64,000 nucleotides of DNA, taken from positions 104,469 to 168,468 of the forward strand of contig CAWFTT010000009.1 of the NCBI GenBank assembly GCA_963818785.1. The letters run 5' to 3'. Below, piece after piece: positions 9,002 to 18,785 of the stretch. The translations under genes were made by a program, and so were the position numbers. A model generated the notes under the pieces. That model made no database searches. It had not been told where the DNA came from and worked only from the letters and a program-made list of their open reading frames with translations. Position 1 is the stretch's first letter. Every line of letters starts with the position of its first letter. Source of the stretch: an uncultured Actinomycetota bacterium (lineage in GTDB: Bacteria > Actinomycetota > Actinomycetes > Mycobacteriales > Mycobacteriaceae).

Positions 9002-11074
9002 ACGCCGGTTCGCGGTATCCGGCGACCGCGCTGGATAGCGCCCGGCCCGCGGCGCCGCCGTCCGTCAACCTGGAGCCGTAGCGGAGGTAGCCGCCCGCCG
9101 CGCGCACCCGGTATCCCCGCCCTGGACGGCCTGCGGGCGGTGGCTGTCGCGCTGGTGCTCGCCGACCACGGCGGCCTGGCCGGCATGGGCGGCGGCTTCA
9201 TCGGCGTCGACGTGTTCTTCGTGCTCAGCGGATTCCTCATCACCGCTCTGCTGCTCGACGAACTCGGCGGCAACGGTCGCATCCACCTGCCGGGCTTCTG
9301 GATACGCCGGGCCCGACGGCTGCTGCCCGCGCTGGTGCTGATGGTGCTGACGGTCAGCGCGGTGCGGCAGCTGCTTCCGGCCGAAGCCGTCGCCGGGCTT
9401 CGGGGCGACGCCATCGCGGCGTTCTTCTGGATGGCGAACTGGCGGTTCGTCACCACGCAAACCGATTACTTCACGCAGGGAGCGACGCCCTCGCCGCTGC
9501 AGCACACCTGGTCGCTCGGGGTGGAAGAACAGTATTACTTCGTCTGGCCGTTGGTGCTCATCACCGTAGCCGTGCTGCTCGCCGCGGCCGCCCGACGCCG
9601 CGGCGTTCGAGCCACCCTCGGTTCGGTCCGGATGGTGGCCTTCCTTGCGGCCATAACCGGAGCGCTGGCCTCGGCGGCGGTCGCGGTGCTGCTGTCGTCC
9701 GGTACCGCGCGGGACCGGGTGTACTTCGGCACCGACACCCGCGCGCAGGGCTTGCTGATCGGTGCCGCCGCCGCGGCGCTGCTGGTGGAGGACTGGTCAG
9801 CGCTGAATCGCGGCTGGTCGTTGATCCGCACCCGCTGGGGGCGGCGGGCGGCGCGGGTACTGCCGGTCGTCGGGGTGGCGGCGCTGGGGTTCGCCGCACA
9901 TCGGGCCACCGGCAGCGCGCAGGAATTTCACAGTGGTCTGCTGGTCGGAGTTGCGATCGCGGCTGTCGCGGTGATCGCCTCGGTTGCGCTCGACCAGCGG
10001 GGCGCGGTGGCCCGGGCGCTGGCTTGGCGTCCGATGGTGTGGCTGGGCGCAATCTCCTACGGCGTTTACCTCTGGCACTGGCCGATCTTCCTGGTGGTCA
10101 ACGGGGAACGCACCGGTTGGTCCGGGACACCGTTGTTCGCAGCGCGTTGTGCCGCCACGGTCGTGGTCGCGACAGCGTCATGGTGGCTGATCGAACAACC
10201 GATCCGGCGGTGGCGGCCCGTGCGGGTCCCGTTGTTGCCGTTGGCCGGCGCCACCGTCGCGTCCGCGGTTGCGGTGACGGTGCTGCTGGTGCCGGTGCAC
10301 GGCGGGCCGGGCGGAACCTCGGACGGCAGCCTGCCGCCCGGTGTGTCGGCGGTCGCCGCGGTGTCGCCCTCGCCGCCCGGCAATCCGGTCGCCGCGCGGC
10401 CGGCCGCGCGGCGTGACCCGAACCGGCCCTTCACCGTGTCGGTGTTCGGTGATTCCATCGGGTGGACGCTGATGCACTATCTGCCGGCCACGCCGGGCTT
10501 CGACTTCGTCGACCACACCGTCATCGGGTGCAGCCTGGTCCGCGGCGGCCCCTACAAGTACCTGGGCCAGACACTCGACCCGAAACCGGAATGCGACACC
10601 TGGCCGAGCAGGTGGTCGGTGCAGATCGACCGGGACCGGCCCGACGTCGCACTGCTGATCATTGGTCGCTGGGAGACGGTGAACCGGGTCAACGAAGGTC
10701 GCTGGACCCATATCGGTGACCCGTCCTTCGACGGATATCTGACTCAAGAGCTGCAGCGCGCCCTCGCGGTGCTGGGCTCCACGGGTGCCCGGCTCGTCGT
10801 CGCCACCGTGCCTTACAGCCGCCGCGGTGAGAAGGCGAACGGAAGTTTGTGGCCGGAGGATCAACCGGAGCGGGTGGACCAGTGGAATGCGATGCTGCGC
10901 CAGGTAACCGCCCGGGAACCAAACATCGGCATACTCGACCTGAACAGAAAGCTGTGCCCCAACGGTGTCTACACCGCCAAGGTCGACGGTGTGCAGGTGC
11001 GCAGCGACGGTGTCCACCTCACCGAAGAAGGGGTGGAGTGGCTGACCCCGTGGCTCGAGGAATCGGTTCGGTGA
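9002..11074 (+). CDS. Acyltransferase-3 plus SGNH domain protein (Rv0111-like); start uncertain (ACG 9002; first canonical start GTG 9140)
   Basis: IPALDGLR...H, GVDVFFVLSGFLIT, HTWSLGVEEQYY, GDS and DGVH SGNH motifs. Confidence 0.88.
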   Translation, partial: TPVRGIRRPRWIAPGPRRRRPSTWSRSGGSRPPRAPGIPALDGLRAVAVALVLADHGGLAGMGGGFIGVDVFFVLSGFLITALLLDELGGNGRIHLPGFWIRRARRLLPALVLMVLTVSAVRQLLPAEAVAGLRGDAIAAFFWMANWRFVTTQTDYFTQGATPSPLQHTWSLGVEEQYYFVWPLVLITVAVLLAAAARRRGVRATLGSVRMVAFLAAITGALASAAVAVLLSSGTARDRVYFGTDTRAQGLLIGAAAAALLVEDWSALNRGWSLIRTRWGRRAARVLPVVGVAALGFAAHRATGSAQEFHSGLLVGVAIAAVAVIASVALDQRGAVARALAWRPMVWLGAISYGVYLWHWPIFLVVNGERTGWSGTPLFAARCAATVVVATASWWLIEQPIRRWRPVRVPLLPLAGATVASAVAVTVLLVPVHGGPGGTSDGSLPPGVSAVAAVSPSPPGNPVAARPAARRDPNRPFTVSVFGDSIGWTLMHYLPATPGFDFVDHTVIGCSLVRGGPYKYLGQTLDPKPECDTWPSRWSVQIDRDRPDVALLIIGRWETVNRVNEGRWTHIGDPSFDGYLTQELQRALAVLGSTGARLVVATVPYSRRGEKANGSLWPEDQPERVDQWNAMLRQVTAREPNIGILDLNRKLCPNGVYTAKVDGVQVRSDGVHLTEEGVEWLTPWLEESVR

Positions 11075-11081
11075 CGAACCG

Positions 11082-11747
11082 TCAAGTGACTGCGCGACAG
11101 CTGATTTCCATGCTGTCAGCGTCGCGTGCGTGGAAGTTGACGCTCACGTAGCCGTTAGCGGGATCGCGTAAGTAATCCAGATACGGTTTGGCGTCCGCCA
11201 TTTCAGTATTGTCGGCCACAATCAGCGCTCCCGGGGACAGCTGCGGTTCGATCAGCTTGAGGACGGGCAGATACAGTTCCTTCCAGCCGTCGAGCAACAC
11301 GAATTCAATTGGGCCGGTGACATCCGCGAGCGTGCTGAGAGCGTCGCCCTGCAGGACGGTGATCCGGTCGTCCAAGCCGGCTTCGGCGAAAGTCCGCTTG
11401 GCTGCGGCTATTTTGGCGGCGTTGAGCTCGGTCGTGACGACGCGGCCGCTGCCGTTGTCGCGCACCGCCGAGGCGAGATGCAGGGCCGAGATGCCGAACG
11501 ACATGCCGAACTCGATGACGGTGGTTGGGCGGGTGCCCCGGACGAGCAGGTACAGCAACCGGCCCGCCTCCGGGGTGACGGGAATGTAGAGGTCACCGAA
11601 CGCGTCGGCGCGCTCGTGAATGCTCGCCTTTGAGAGCCGTTCGAACTCGCCGCGCCGTTCACGCAAGATGGGCAACTGTTGGCGGGCTTCGGCGTACATC
11701 CGCTGCAACACGTTCTGCACCCGAGGGTCGTGCAGTGTCGAGGTCAT
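11082..11747 (-). CDS. Class I SAM-dependent O-methyltransferase
   Basis: VIEFGMSFGIS, GDALSTL, FVLLDGWKELY, ADN; TACTGT -10 box 7 nt before the ATG. Confidence 0.88.
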   Translation of the reverse strand: MTSTLHDPRVQNVLQRMYAEARQQLPILRERRGEFERLSKASIHERADAFGDLYIPVTPEAGRLLYLLVRGTRPTTVIEFGMSFGISALHLASAVRDNGSGRVVTTELNAAKIAAAKRTFAEAGLDDRITVLQGDALSTLADVTGPIEFVLLDGWKELYLPVLKLIEPQLSPGALIVADNTEMADAKPYLDYLRDPANGYVSVNFHARDADSMEISCRAVT

Positions 11748-11845
11748 GCCCCCGACAGTAGGCGCTGTCGCTTATGGTGGGGGCGGCTCGAACCTGTTGT
11801 TTGTTTGACGGGACCGCTGTGCGGTGCGACGATGGACAGCGCAAG

Positions 11846-12012
11846 CACCTCGCTAGGTGAGGCGTCTGCACGGATACAGGCCACTGACCCCGAACGTCGA
11901 GAGACGCCCCGGGTCAGGACAGCTCTTCCCGGCATAAGGGTTGAGCCCAAGTGGCTTTCGGGTCGTCGACCTGGATACGCCGTGCAGTGCCGAAGCTCTG
12001 ACGAGAGGGGTG
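11846..12012 (+). ncRNA. ykoK: M-box (ykoK) Mg2+ riboswitch
   Basis: CTCGCTAGGTGAGGC...AGAGACGCC...GGGTCAGGACAG...TAAGG...GCAGTGCCGAAGCTCTGACGAG matches the recalled ykoK consensus; 5' CACCTC can pair with 3' GAGGGGTG; lies upstream of a metal transporter. Confidence 0.92.
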
Positions 12013-12106
12013 CGGGCCCGCCGACCGTCTCGGGCGCCGAATCTCCTTTGTGTTTGACATGTCGTGACACCCGCGTGTGTCCTGGCCGCGAGGAGGTGAG
12101 GGCGAG

Positions 12107-12184
12107 TTGAGTCCGAGCGATAGTCCATATCCGTATTCGGGGCGTATATCGCCCTGCCCCGGCCGCGGCGTCTCTGCCGCCTGA
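12107..12184 (+). CDS. Candidate 25-aa Pro-rich leader peptide MSPSDSPYPYSGRISPCPGRGVSAA
   Basis: AGGAGGTG SD at 12091-12098, TTG 12107, TGA 12182-12184; between riboswitch and transporter. Confidence 0.5.
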   Translation: MSPSDSPYPYSGRISPCPGRGVSAA

Positions 12185-12329
12185 CGTTTCGCGGACACTA
12201 CCGCGCTGTTCTCGCCTGGCGACTTCTGCTGTGCGCCGGGTCGCCGAAGGTGCTGTCTAGCAAAGCCTTCTGATAGCTGCTGCGCTGATCCGACTGGCAC
12301 GCGGCAATTGGCAAGTTGGGAGAGGCTCG

Positions 12330-14084
12330 ATGACTTCGTTTTCCGCTGCCCTGCCCGGGGCAGGCCTCGACGCCGGCGGCGGGCCGACGTCCAATCCGGC
12401 GGATGCGGCGGTGCTCGATCCGGCCCACGCGGGCGACATCGTCGGTGCGTTCGGTCGCATCCGACGTGACGCGAGCGGTGCCGGGCGCAGTCGCTGGCAG
12501 CGCCTTCGGATGTTGTTGGTGATCAGTGGGCCGGGCCTGATCGTGATGGTGGGAGATAACGACGCCGGCGGGGTGGCGACCTACTCGCAGGCCGGACAGA
12601 ACTATGGCATGAAACTTCTGTGGACGTTGGCGCTGCTGATACCGGTGCTCTACGTCAACCAGGAGATGGTGCTGCGTCTAGGTGCAGTCACCCGGGTCGG
12701 GCATGCCCGGCTGATCTTCGAACGGTTCGGCAAGTTCTGGGGCGCGTTCAGCGTCGGGGATCTGTTGATCCTCAACGCTTTGACCATCGTCACTGAATTC
12801 ATCGGGGTCTCCTTCGCGCTCGGTTTCCTGGGTTGCTCGAAAATGATCGCGATACCGGCAGCAGCGGTGTTGCTGTTCGCGGTCGTGGCCGGTGGCTCGT
12901 TCCGGCGCTGGGAGCAGCTGATGTTCGTCCTGATCGCGGTCAATATTGCGGTGATTCCGTTGGCGCTTTCTGTGCACCTGAGCATCACCGTCAGCATGCA
13001 CGGCCTGTTACCACAACTCCCCGGTCACGGTGACTCGCTCGTACTGATGGTCGTCATGGCGATTGTGGGTACCACCGTTGCGCCTTGGCAGTTGTTCTTC
13101 CAGCAGTCCAATGTCGTTGACAAACGCATCACCCCGCGCTGGATGGCTTACGGACGAGCCGACTTGGTGATCGGCATCGTGGGGGTGATGGGCGGCGCTG
13201 TCGCGCTGATGGCGGTGACCGCCTTCGGGCTCGGAGGGACTGCCGCGGCCGGCCGATTCACCGACTCCGGCGCGGTCGCCTCGCATCTGTCGCACCATGT
13301 CGGGCACACGGTCGGCGTCTTGTTCGCCGTCATTCTGCTCGACGCATCGCTGATCGGAGCAAACTGTGTCGGGCTTGCCACCACCTACGCGCTGGGCGAC
13401 GCCATGGGCAGGCCGCATTCGCTGCACTGGAAGATCACCGAGGCGCCGTTGTTCTACGGAAGTTATGCTGCGCTACTTGGCATATCAGCCGCGGTCGCGT
13501 TCAGCCCCGACCATGTTCTGGGTCTCATCACCCAGGGCGTCCAGGCCCTTGCCGGTGTCCTGCTGCCATCGGCCACAGTCTTTTTAGTATTGCTGTGCAA
13601 CGACAGGTCGGTAATGGGCCCTTGGGTCAACAGTTTTCGGCAGAACACTCTGGCGTGGCTGATTGTTTGGTCACTGCTGATTTTGTCGCTGATGCTGACC
13701 GCTGTGACGTTTTTTCCCAAGCTGTCGACGGCCACCATGATCTCCGGGCTGGCAGTCGGTGCGGTGATCGGCGCCGCAGGTGCCGTTGCGGTTTTGGCCG
13801 CGGGCTGGCGAACCCATCAGTCGACTGCTGCGGACACGGTGCCCTTCGGCGCGCTGAATCTGGATCAGGCCGCGGAGTTCGACGACCTGCCGAAGCTCAC
13901 CCGCGCCCAGCGCAAAGCCGTCCGTGACGAGGTCAGGGCAGGCTGGACGACGCCGGTGCTGACGACACTTGACCGAGCGGTCATGTCGCCGTCGCGTCGC
14001 ACCGCGTTGTTCGCTCTACGGGCCTATCTGGTTCTCGCCGGCACGCTGGTGGTGATCAGGTTGGTGCAGGCAGGTGCCGGCTGA
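12330..14084 (+). CDS. NRAMP-related divalent cation transporter, NrmT-type (probable Mg2+ importer)
   Basis: TM1 motif DNDAGG instead of DPGN, TM6 GTTVAPWQLFF, multiple TM helices, M-box upstream. Confidence 0.85.
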   Translation: MTSFSAALPGAGLDAGGGPTSNPADAAVLDPAHAGDIVGAFGRIRRDASGAGRSRWQRLRMLLVISGPGLIVMVGDNDAGGVATYSQAGQNYGMKLLWTLALLIPVLYVNQEMVLRLGAVTRVGHARLIFERFGKFWGAFSVGDLLILNALTIVTEFIGVSFALGFLGCSKMIAIPAAAVLLFAVVAGGSFRRWEQLMFVLIAVNIAVIPLALSVHLSITVSMHGLLPQLPGHGDSLVLMVVMAIVGTTVAPWQLFFQQSNVVDKRITPRWMAYGRADLVIGIVGVMGGAVALMAVTAFGLGGTAAAGRFTDSGAVASHLSHHVGHTVGVLFAVILLDASLIGANCVGLATTYALGDAMGRPHSLHWKITEAPLFYGSYAALLGISAAVAFSPDHVLGLITQGVQALAGVLLPSATVFLVLLCNDRSVMGPWVNSFRQNTLAWLIVWSLLILSLMLTAVTFFPKLSTATMISGLAVGAVIGAAGAVAVLAAGWRTHQSTAADTVPFGALNLDQAAEFDDLPKLTRAQRKAVRDEVRAGWTTPVLTTLDRAVMSPSRRTALFALRAYLVLAGTLVVIRLVQAGAG

Positions 14085-14125
14085 ACACCAGCCGTCTCAA
14101 AGACGTTGTGCGTCCGCAGGTTCGG

Positions 14126-15064
14126 TCATTCTTGCGGAAGCAGCACGATCTTGCCGTGCGTGTGGCGTTGCTCCAGTTCTGCGAAAGCGTCAGCCACCCG
14201 GTCGAGGGGATAAGTAGCGGCGATGTCGAAGTCGACTGCCCCGCCGGCGACTAAATCGGCCATCTCCGCCAACACTTCGGGCGTCGATGCGTCGGTGCTG
14301 CCCTCGGTTTTGGCGCCCACGTCGGCCGCCTTCTGGAAGGAGATGATGGTCTCGATCCGCTCAGGTGGCACACCGAGGTCGACAGCCAACTGCACATAAT
14401 CGGGTCCAAACAAGTCGATGAATGCATCGACTCCGTTGGGCGCCGCGTGGCGTAACCGGTCCGCCAGACCGTCGCCATATTCGATCGGGATGACGTCGTG
14501 CGCCTGCAGCCACTCGGCGCTGTTGTGTGAAGCTATACCGAGCACCCGCACCTGGCGGCGCACCAACAGCTGCACCACTAGACTGCCGACTCCGCCGGCC
14601 GCCGCGGACACCGCCACCGTCTCACCGGGTTGCGGTGCCACCGCCCGCACGGCGGCGTACGCGGTGGCGCCCACGACATACAGCGAACCCGCCGCCTCCC
14701 AACTCAACTGCGCCGGTTTCTTGACCAACTGGCCGACCGGGGCCGTGGTGTGAGTAGCGTGACTGGAGCGGCCATGACTGAACCCGAGAACCTCGTCGCC
14801 GACGGCGAATTCGGTGACGTCTTGGCCTGCCTCGAGCACCACCCCGGCCAGGTCGCTGCCCTCCCCGGACGGGAAAGTCGCGGGGAACATTTCGTGCAAA
14901 GCGCCCTTCCGGATGGCTGCCTCGCCGGGGTTGATGCCGGCGGCGCGCACTTCGACCAGCACTTCACCGGGACCGGGTGTGGGCGTGTCGATCTCGGCGA
15001 TATACAGCACGTCGCGGTCGCCGTAGCGGTCGAACCGCACGGCACGTGTCTTCCCCGATGTCAT
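14126..15064 (-). CDS. NADP-dependent quinone oxidoreductase (MDR)
   Basis: VRAAGINPGE, G.DLAGVV, SAAAGGVG, HTHGKIVL. Confidence 0.88.
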   Translation of the reverse strand: MTSGKTRAVRFDRYGDRDVLYIAEIDTPTPGPGEVLVEVRAAGINPGEAAIRKGALHEMFPATFPSGEGSDLAGVVLEAGQDVTEFAVGDEVLGFSHGRSSHATHTTAPVGQLVKKPAQLSWEAAGSLYVVGATAYAAVRAVAPQPGETVAVSAAAGGVGSLVVQLLVRRQVRVLGIASHNSAEWLQAHDVIPIEYGDGLADRLRHAAPNGVDAFIDLFGPDYVQLAVDLGVPPERIETIISFQKAADVGAKTEGSTDASTPEVLAEMADLVAGGAVDFDIAATYPLDRVADAFAELEQRHTHGKIVLLPQE

Positions 15065-15158
15065 CCTGCCCCTCCTTGCGGCAGCGCCAATGCGGCGCCG
15101 GACCTTGGCATTCCCGCAGCAGGGCTGAGCCACACCTGGCTCCGGCCCAGTAGTTCTG

Positions 15159-15911
15159 CTACTGGACGATGATCGGGTCGCCGATGTGGACGGTGTCGAA
15201 GTACCAGGCAGCGTTGTCGGGACTGAGGTTTATGCAACCGTGGCTGACGTTGGCATAGCCCTGCGAGTCCACCGACCATGGCGCTGAGTGCACGTACACA
15301 CCGCCCCAGGTGACCCGCACCGCATACTGCCCCTGAATCAGGTAGCCCTCGGACGAACTGAGCGGAATGCCGATGGTTCGCGAATCGAAAGTGACAGTGC
15401 GCTGTTTTTCCAAGGCGGTGAACGAACCGCGTGGCGTGGGCCGGCTGGGCTTGCCCATCGACGCCGGCATGGTGCGCAGCACCTCGCCGTCGACACTGAC
15501 GGTGAATGTGTGCGCGCTGACGTCGGCGACCCCCAGCACCGCCGAGCCGGTCTCGAAGCCTGTGGACAGACCGTGCACCTCGACGGCGACGTGGCTGTGG
15601 GCGGGCCAGTAGGTGTCGGGAATCCACTGCATTACTTCGTCGCTGACCCAATCGAAATGGCCGGTGGGGCGGTTCGGCGCATGGATTCTGACACTGCGCT
15701 CCACTGCCCGCCGGTTGGCGACGGGTCCGGTGAACGTCACGATCACCGGATGCCCGACACCGACGACCTCGCCCGGAGTCGGTTTCACCGATGCGACGAC
15801 CGGATCTGGTATCGGCGGCGCGACGGCTGCCGTGCTTACGTCGACCGGCCTGCCCAGCGCAAGCGCCAAGGCGCCCGCGGCGACGGCGACCAACCGAATC
15901 ACCCTATGCAC
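15159..15911 (-). CDS. ldtA: L,D-transpeptidase LdtA (Rv0116c-like)
   Basis: Signal peptide, Ig-like domain, VHSAPW...SHGCINL catalytic motif. Confidence 0.9.
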   Translation of the reverse strand: MHRVIRLVAVAAGALALALGRPVDVSTAAVAPPIPDPVVASVKPTPGEVVGVGHPVIVTFTGPVANRRAVERSVRIHAPNRPTGHFDWVSDEVMQWIPDTYWPAHSHVAVEVHGLSTGFETGSAVLGVADVSAHTFTVSVDGEVLRTMPASMGKPSRPTPRGSFTALEKQRTVTFDSRTIGIPLSSSEGYLIQGQYAVRVTWGGVYVHSAPWSVDSQGYANVSHGCINLSPDNAAWYFDTVHIGDPIIVQ

Positions 15912-15968
15912 GGCCCTATCCCCTTCAAACGGCACGATGACCAGGACTTCACTTTAATGACGCGAAAG

Positions 15969-15994
15969 ATACCCGGCGGGCCGAATCAGCAAAC
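15969..15994 (-). promoter_or_regulatory. SigF-type promoter GTTT-N16-GGGTAT upstream of ldtA
   Basis: Exact consensus read on the minus strand. Confidence 0.6.
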
Positions 15995-16058
15995 TCGCTG
16001 ACGACGTCAGCCGGAACCGTCGTCAACCCATATGGCGCCGGCCACGGCGGCCGAGGGT

Positions 16059-18218
16059 TCAGTCGGCTGGCTGTACCCGCGCAGCAGCAGACTCAGGCAT
16101 CGGTTCGTAGCGAACGAATGAGCGGGTGAAGGACGCCGCACCGTGCGACAGTGAGCGCAGGTCGATGGCATAGCGAGTGAGTTCGACCTGCGGGACTTCA
16201 GCTTTGACCGCCGTGCGCTCGCCGTCTGCGGTGTCGGTGCCCAGTACCCGTCCGCGGCGCCCGGACAGGTCGCCCATGACGGTGCCGACCAAGTCGTCGG
16301 GCACGACGACAGATACTTCGTCGATCGGCTCGAGCAAGCTCACCTTGGCCTCGGCGGCGGCCTCTTTGAGCGCCAAGGCGCCCGCCATCTGAAAAGCAAA
16401 ATCTGACGAGTCGACACTGTGCGCCTTGCCGTCGCGCAACGTGACCCGGATGTCGACGACCGGATAACCGGCGTGCACGCCCTTATCCATCTGGGCGCGA
16501 ACGCCTTTCTCCACGCTGGGAATGAACTGCCGCGGTACCGCACCACCGACGACCTTGTCGTGAAATTCGAAGCCAGCACCTTCCGGCAGCGGCTCCACTT
16601 CGATGTCGCAGACGGCGTACTGGCCGTGTCCGCCGGACTGCTTGACGTGCCGACCGTGTCCTTTTGCCTTGCCGGCGAAGGTCTCTCGAAGCGGCACGCG
16701 CAACTGCACCATGTCGACGGTCACCCCGTATCGGTTAGCCAGAGCGTCGAGCACCACGCCGGCGTGCGCCTCACCCATACACCACAGCACGGTTTGATGT
16801 GTCTCCTGGTTCTGCTCGATGCGCAGGGTCGGGTCCTCGGCGGCGAGCCGTGCGAGTCCGACCGACAGCTTGTCCTCGTCGGTTTTGGCGTGTGCCGCAA
16901 TGGCGATGGGCAGCAACGACTCCGGCATCGTCCACGGTTTGAGCACCAGGGGATCGGACTTGTCGGACAGGGTGTCTCCGGTCTCGGCACGGCTGAGTCG
17001 ACCGATGGCGCAGATGTCACCGGCCAACACGACCGAGGCCGGACGCTGCTGCTTGCCAAGCGGAAACGACAGGGTGCCGATGCGTTCGTCCTCGTCGTGA
17101 TCGGTGTGCGAGTTAGCCGAGCCGGAATTGAGCCCGGCAGACGCTCCGAAAAACGCTGTGAAATGGCCCGACACGTGCACCGTCGCGTCGGGTTTGATGG
17201 TGCCGGCGAAGACCCGGACCAAGCTGACGCGGCCGACGTATGGGTCTGAGGTGGTCTTGACCACCTCAGCGAGCAACGGCCCCTCCGCGGTGCAGGCGAG
17301 GCCGCCGCGCGTGGCGCCGTGCGGCGTGAACACTTCGGACAGCGGATGTTCCAGCGGCGAGGGAAACGCTTTGGTGGCGATCTCCAGCAGTTCCAGGGTG
17401 CCGACGCCGGTGGCGCTGCAAACCGGCAGCACCGGGAAAAACGAGCCGTGGGCGACCGCCTTCTCCAGGTCGTCGATCAGCACCGATTCGTCGATGGTCT
17501 CGCCGCCCAGGTAACGCTCCATCAAAGACTCGTCTTCAGACTCCTCGATGATTCCTTCGATCAGGGTGCCGCGATGCTCTTCGATCTGCTCGGCGTAAAC
17601 CGCGTCGGGTGGGTGCAAAGTCCGCTTCCCGCCGGTGTAGTCGTAGTGGGTTTGCGACAGCAGTCCGATCAGTCCGTCGCCGGCCGGCAGGTACAGCGGC
17701 AACACCTTGTCGCCGAACGCGTTCTGCGCGGCGGCCAGTGCACTGGGGTAATTGGCCCGAGCGTGGTCGAGCTTGGTGATCACGACCGCACGGGGCATGC
17801 CGACCTGGGCGCATTCCTGCCACACCGACTTCGTCGGCTCGTCGACGTCTTCGTTCGCCGCGACGACGAACAGGGCGCAGTCGGCGGCGCGCAGACCGGC
17901 TCGCAATTCGCCGACGAAGTCGGCGTATCCGGGTGTGTCGATCAGGTTGACCTTGACGCCGTTGTGCGACAACGACGCCAACGCCATACCCACCGATCGT
18001 TGCTGGCGGATCTCTGCTTCGTCGTAGTCACTCACCGTGGTGCCGTCGACAACCGAACCCGGACGCGACAGCACGCCGGAGGCGACCAGCAGGGCTTCGA
18101 TGAGTGTGGTCTTGCCGCCGCCCGATGGACCCACCAGCACCACATTGCGGACGGCGGCCGGGCTATCCGCAACCGGAGCGGCTCCCTGACCCTGAGAATT
18201 GGTCGCCTTATCGGCCAT
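16059..18218 (-). CDS. fusA2: Elongation factor G-like protein EF-G2
   Basis: GPSGGGKT, DTPGYADF, KQSGGHGQYA, DGKAHSVDSS; variant G2 (QQRSV) and G4 (TKLD). Confidence 0.93.
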   Translation of the reverse strand: MADKATNSQGQGAAPVADSPAAVRNVVLVGPSGGGKTTLIEALLVASGVLSRPGSVVDGTTVSDYDEAEIRQQRSVGMALASLSHNGVKVNLIDTPGYADFVGELRAGLRAADCALFVVAANEDVDEPTKSVWQECAQVGMPRAVVITKLDHARANYPSALAAAQNAFGDKVLPLYLPAGDGLIGLLSQTHYDYTGGKRTLHPPDAVYAEQIEEHRGTLIEGIIEESEDESLMERYLGGETIDESVLIDDLEKAVAHGSFFPVLPVCSATGVGTLELLEIATKAFPSPLEHPLSEVFTPHGATRGGLACTAEGPLLAEVVKTTSDPYVGRVSLVRVFAGTIKPDATVHVSGHFTAFFGASAGLNSGSANSHTDHDEDERIGTLSFPLGKQQRPASVVLAGDICAIGRLSRAETGDTLSDKSDPLVLKPWTMPESLLPIAIAAHAKTDEDKLSVGLARLAAEDPTLRIEQNQETHQTVLWCMGEAHAGVVLDALANRYGVTVDMVQLRVPLRETFAGKAKGHGRHVKQSGGHGQYAVCDIEVEPLPEGAGFEFHDKVVGGAVPRQFIPSVEKGVRAQMDKGVHAGYPVVDIRVTLRDGKAHSVDSSDFAFQMAGALALKEAAAEAKVSLLEPIDEVSVVVPDDLVGTVMGDLSGRRGRVLGTDTADGERTAVKAEVPQVELTRYAIDLRSLSHGAASFTRSFVRYEPMPESAAARVQPAD

Positions 18219-18325
18219 GACGTACCTCCGTGTACCTCATCGGACTCAGTAAGTCACCTTCCCCCTTTCGGCCCGGGCAGCACAAGACTTGGCAACGAAC
18301 CCGCCAGTGACCGCGCGAACCACGG

Positions 18326-18733
18326 TCAAAACTGCCAGCTCGCCCAGCGCTGCACAGTGACTGCGATCAACGGGCCGTTCAACGAAATATGCTGATACTG
18401 AGTGTATTTGGCGCACAGAGCAGCGTACCCAGCGGTCATCACTTCACCGTCGTGATGAACGGTCGCGACGCCGTCGGCTCGGACCCACCACAGTTGTGTC
18501 CAGTCGTCGTCGTAATGGTCGACCAGGAAGCTGACGTTCGGGTTGTGTTCAATGTTGGCCAGCCGGCGCAGCTTGTGCGTGGTCTTGGGTTTCGCGTCGA
18601 CTGCGGTGTACACCACGTCGGCACCCACCGCGAAAACCACCGGCACCAGATGCGGTTTACCGCCGGGCGTCACAGTGGCCAGCCGGGCGGTCGGCGCCTG
18701 CGCGAATCGCGCTCTCGGGTCGAAGTCGACCAC
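18326..18733 (-). CDS. PPOX-class F420-dependent oxidoreductase (Rv0121c-like)
   Basis: ARLATV...PHLVPVVF...DAKPK...[20 protein letters not shown]. Confidence 0.88.
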   Translation of the reverse strand: MVDFDPRARFAQAPTARLATVTPGGKPHLVPVVFAVGADVVYTAVDAKPKTTHKLRRLANIEHNPNVSFLVDHYDDDWTQLWWVRADGVATVHHDGEVMTAGYAALCAKYTQYQHISLNGPLIAVTVQRWASWQF

Positions 18734-18785
18734 CGGGTCAGCCTAGCGGGTCGCCGCCACCGAATCGCGGGCGCGGCTCAAAGCC

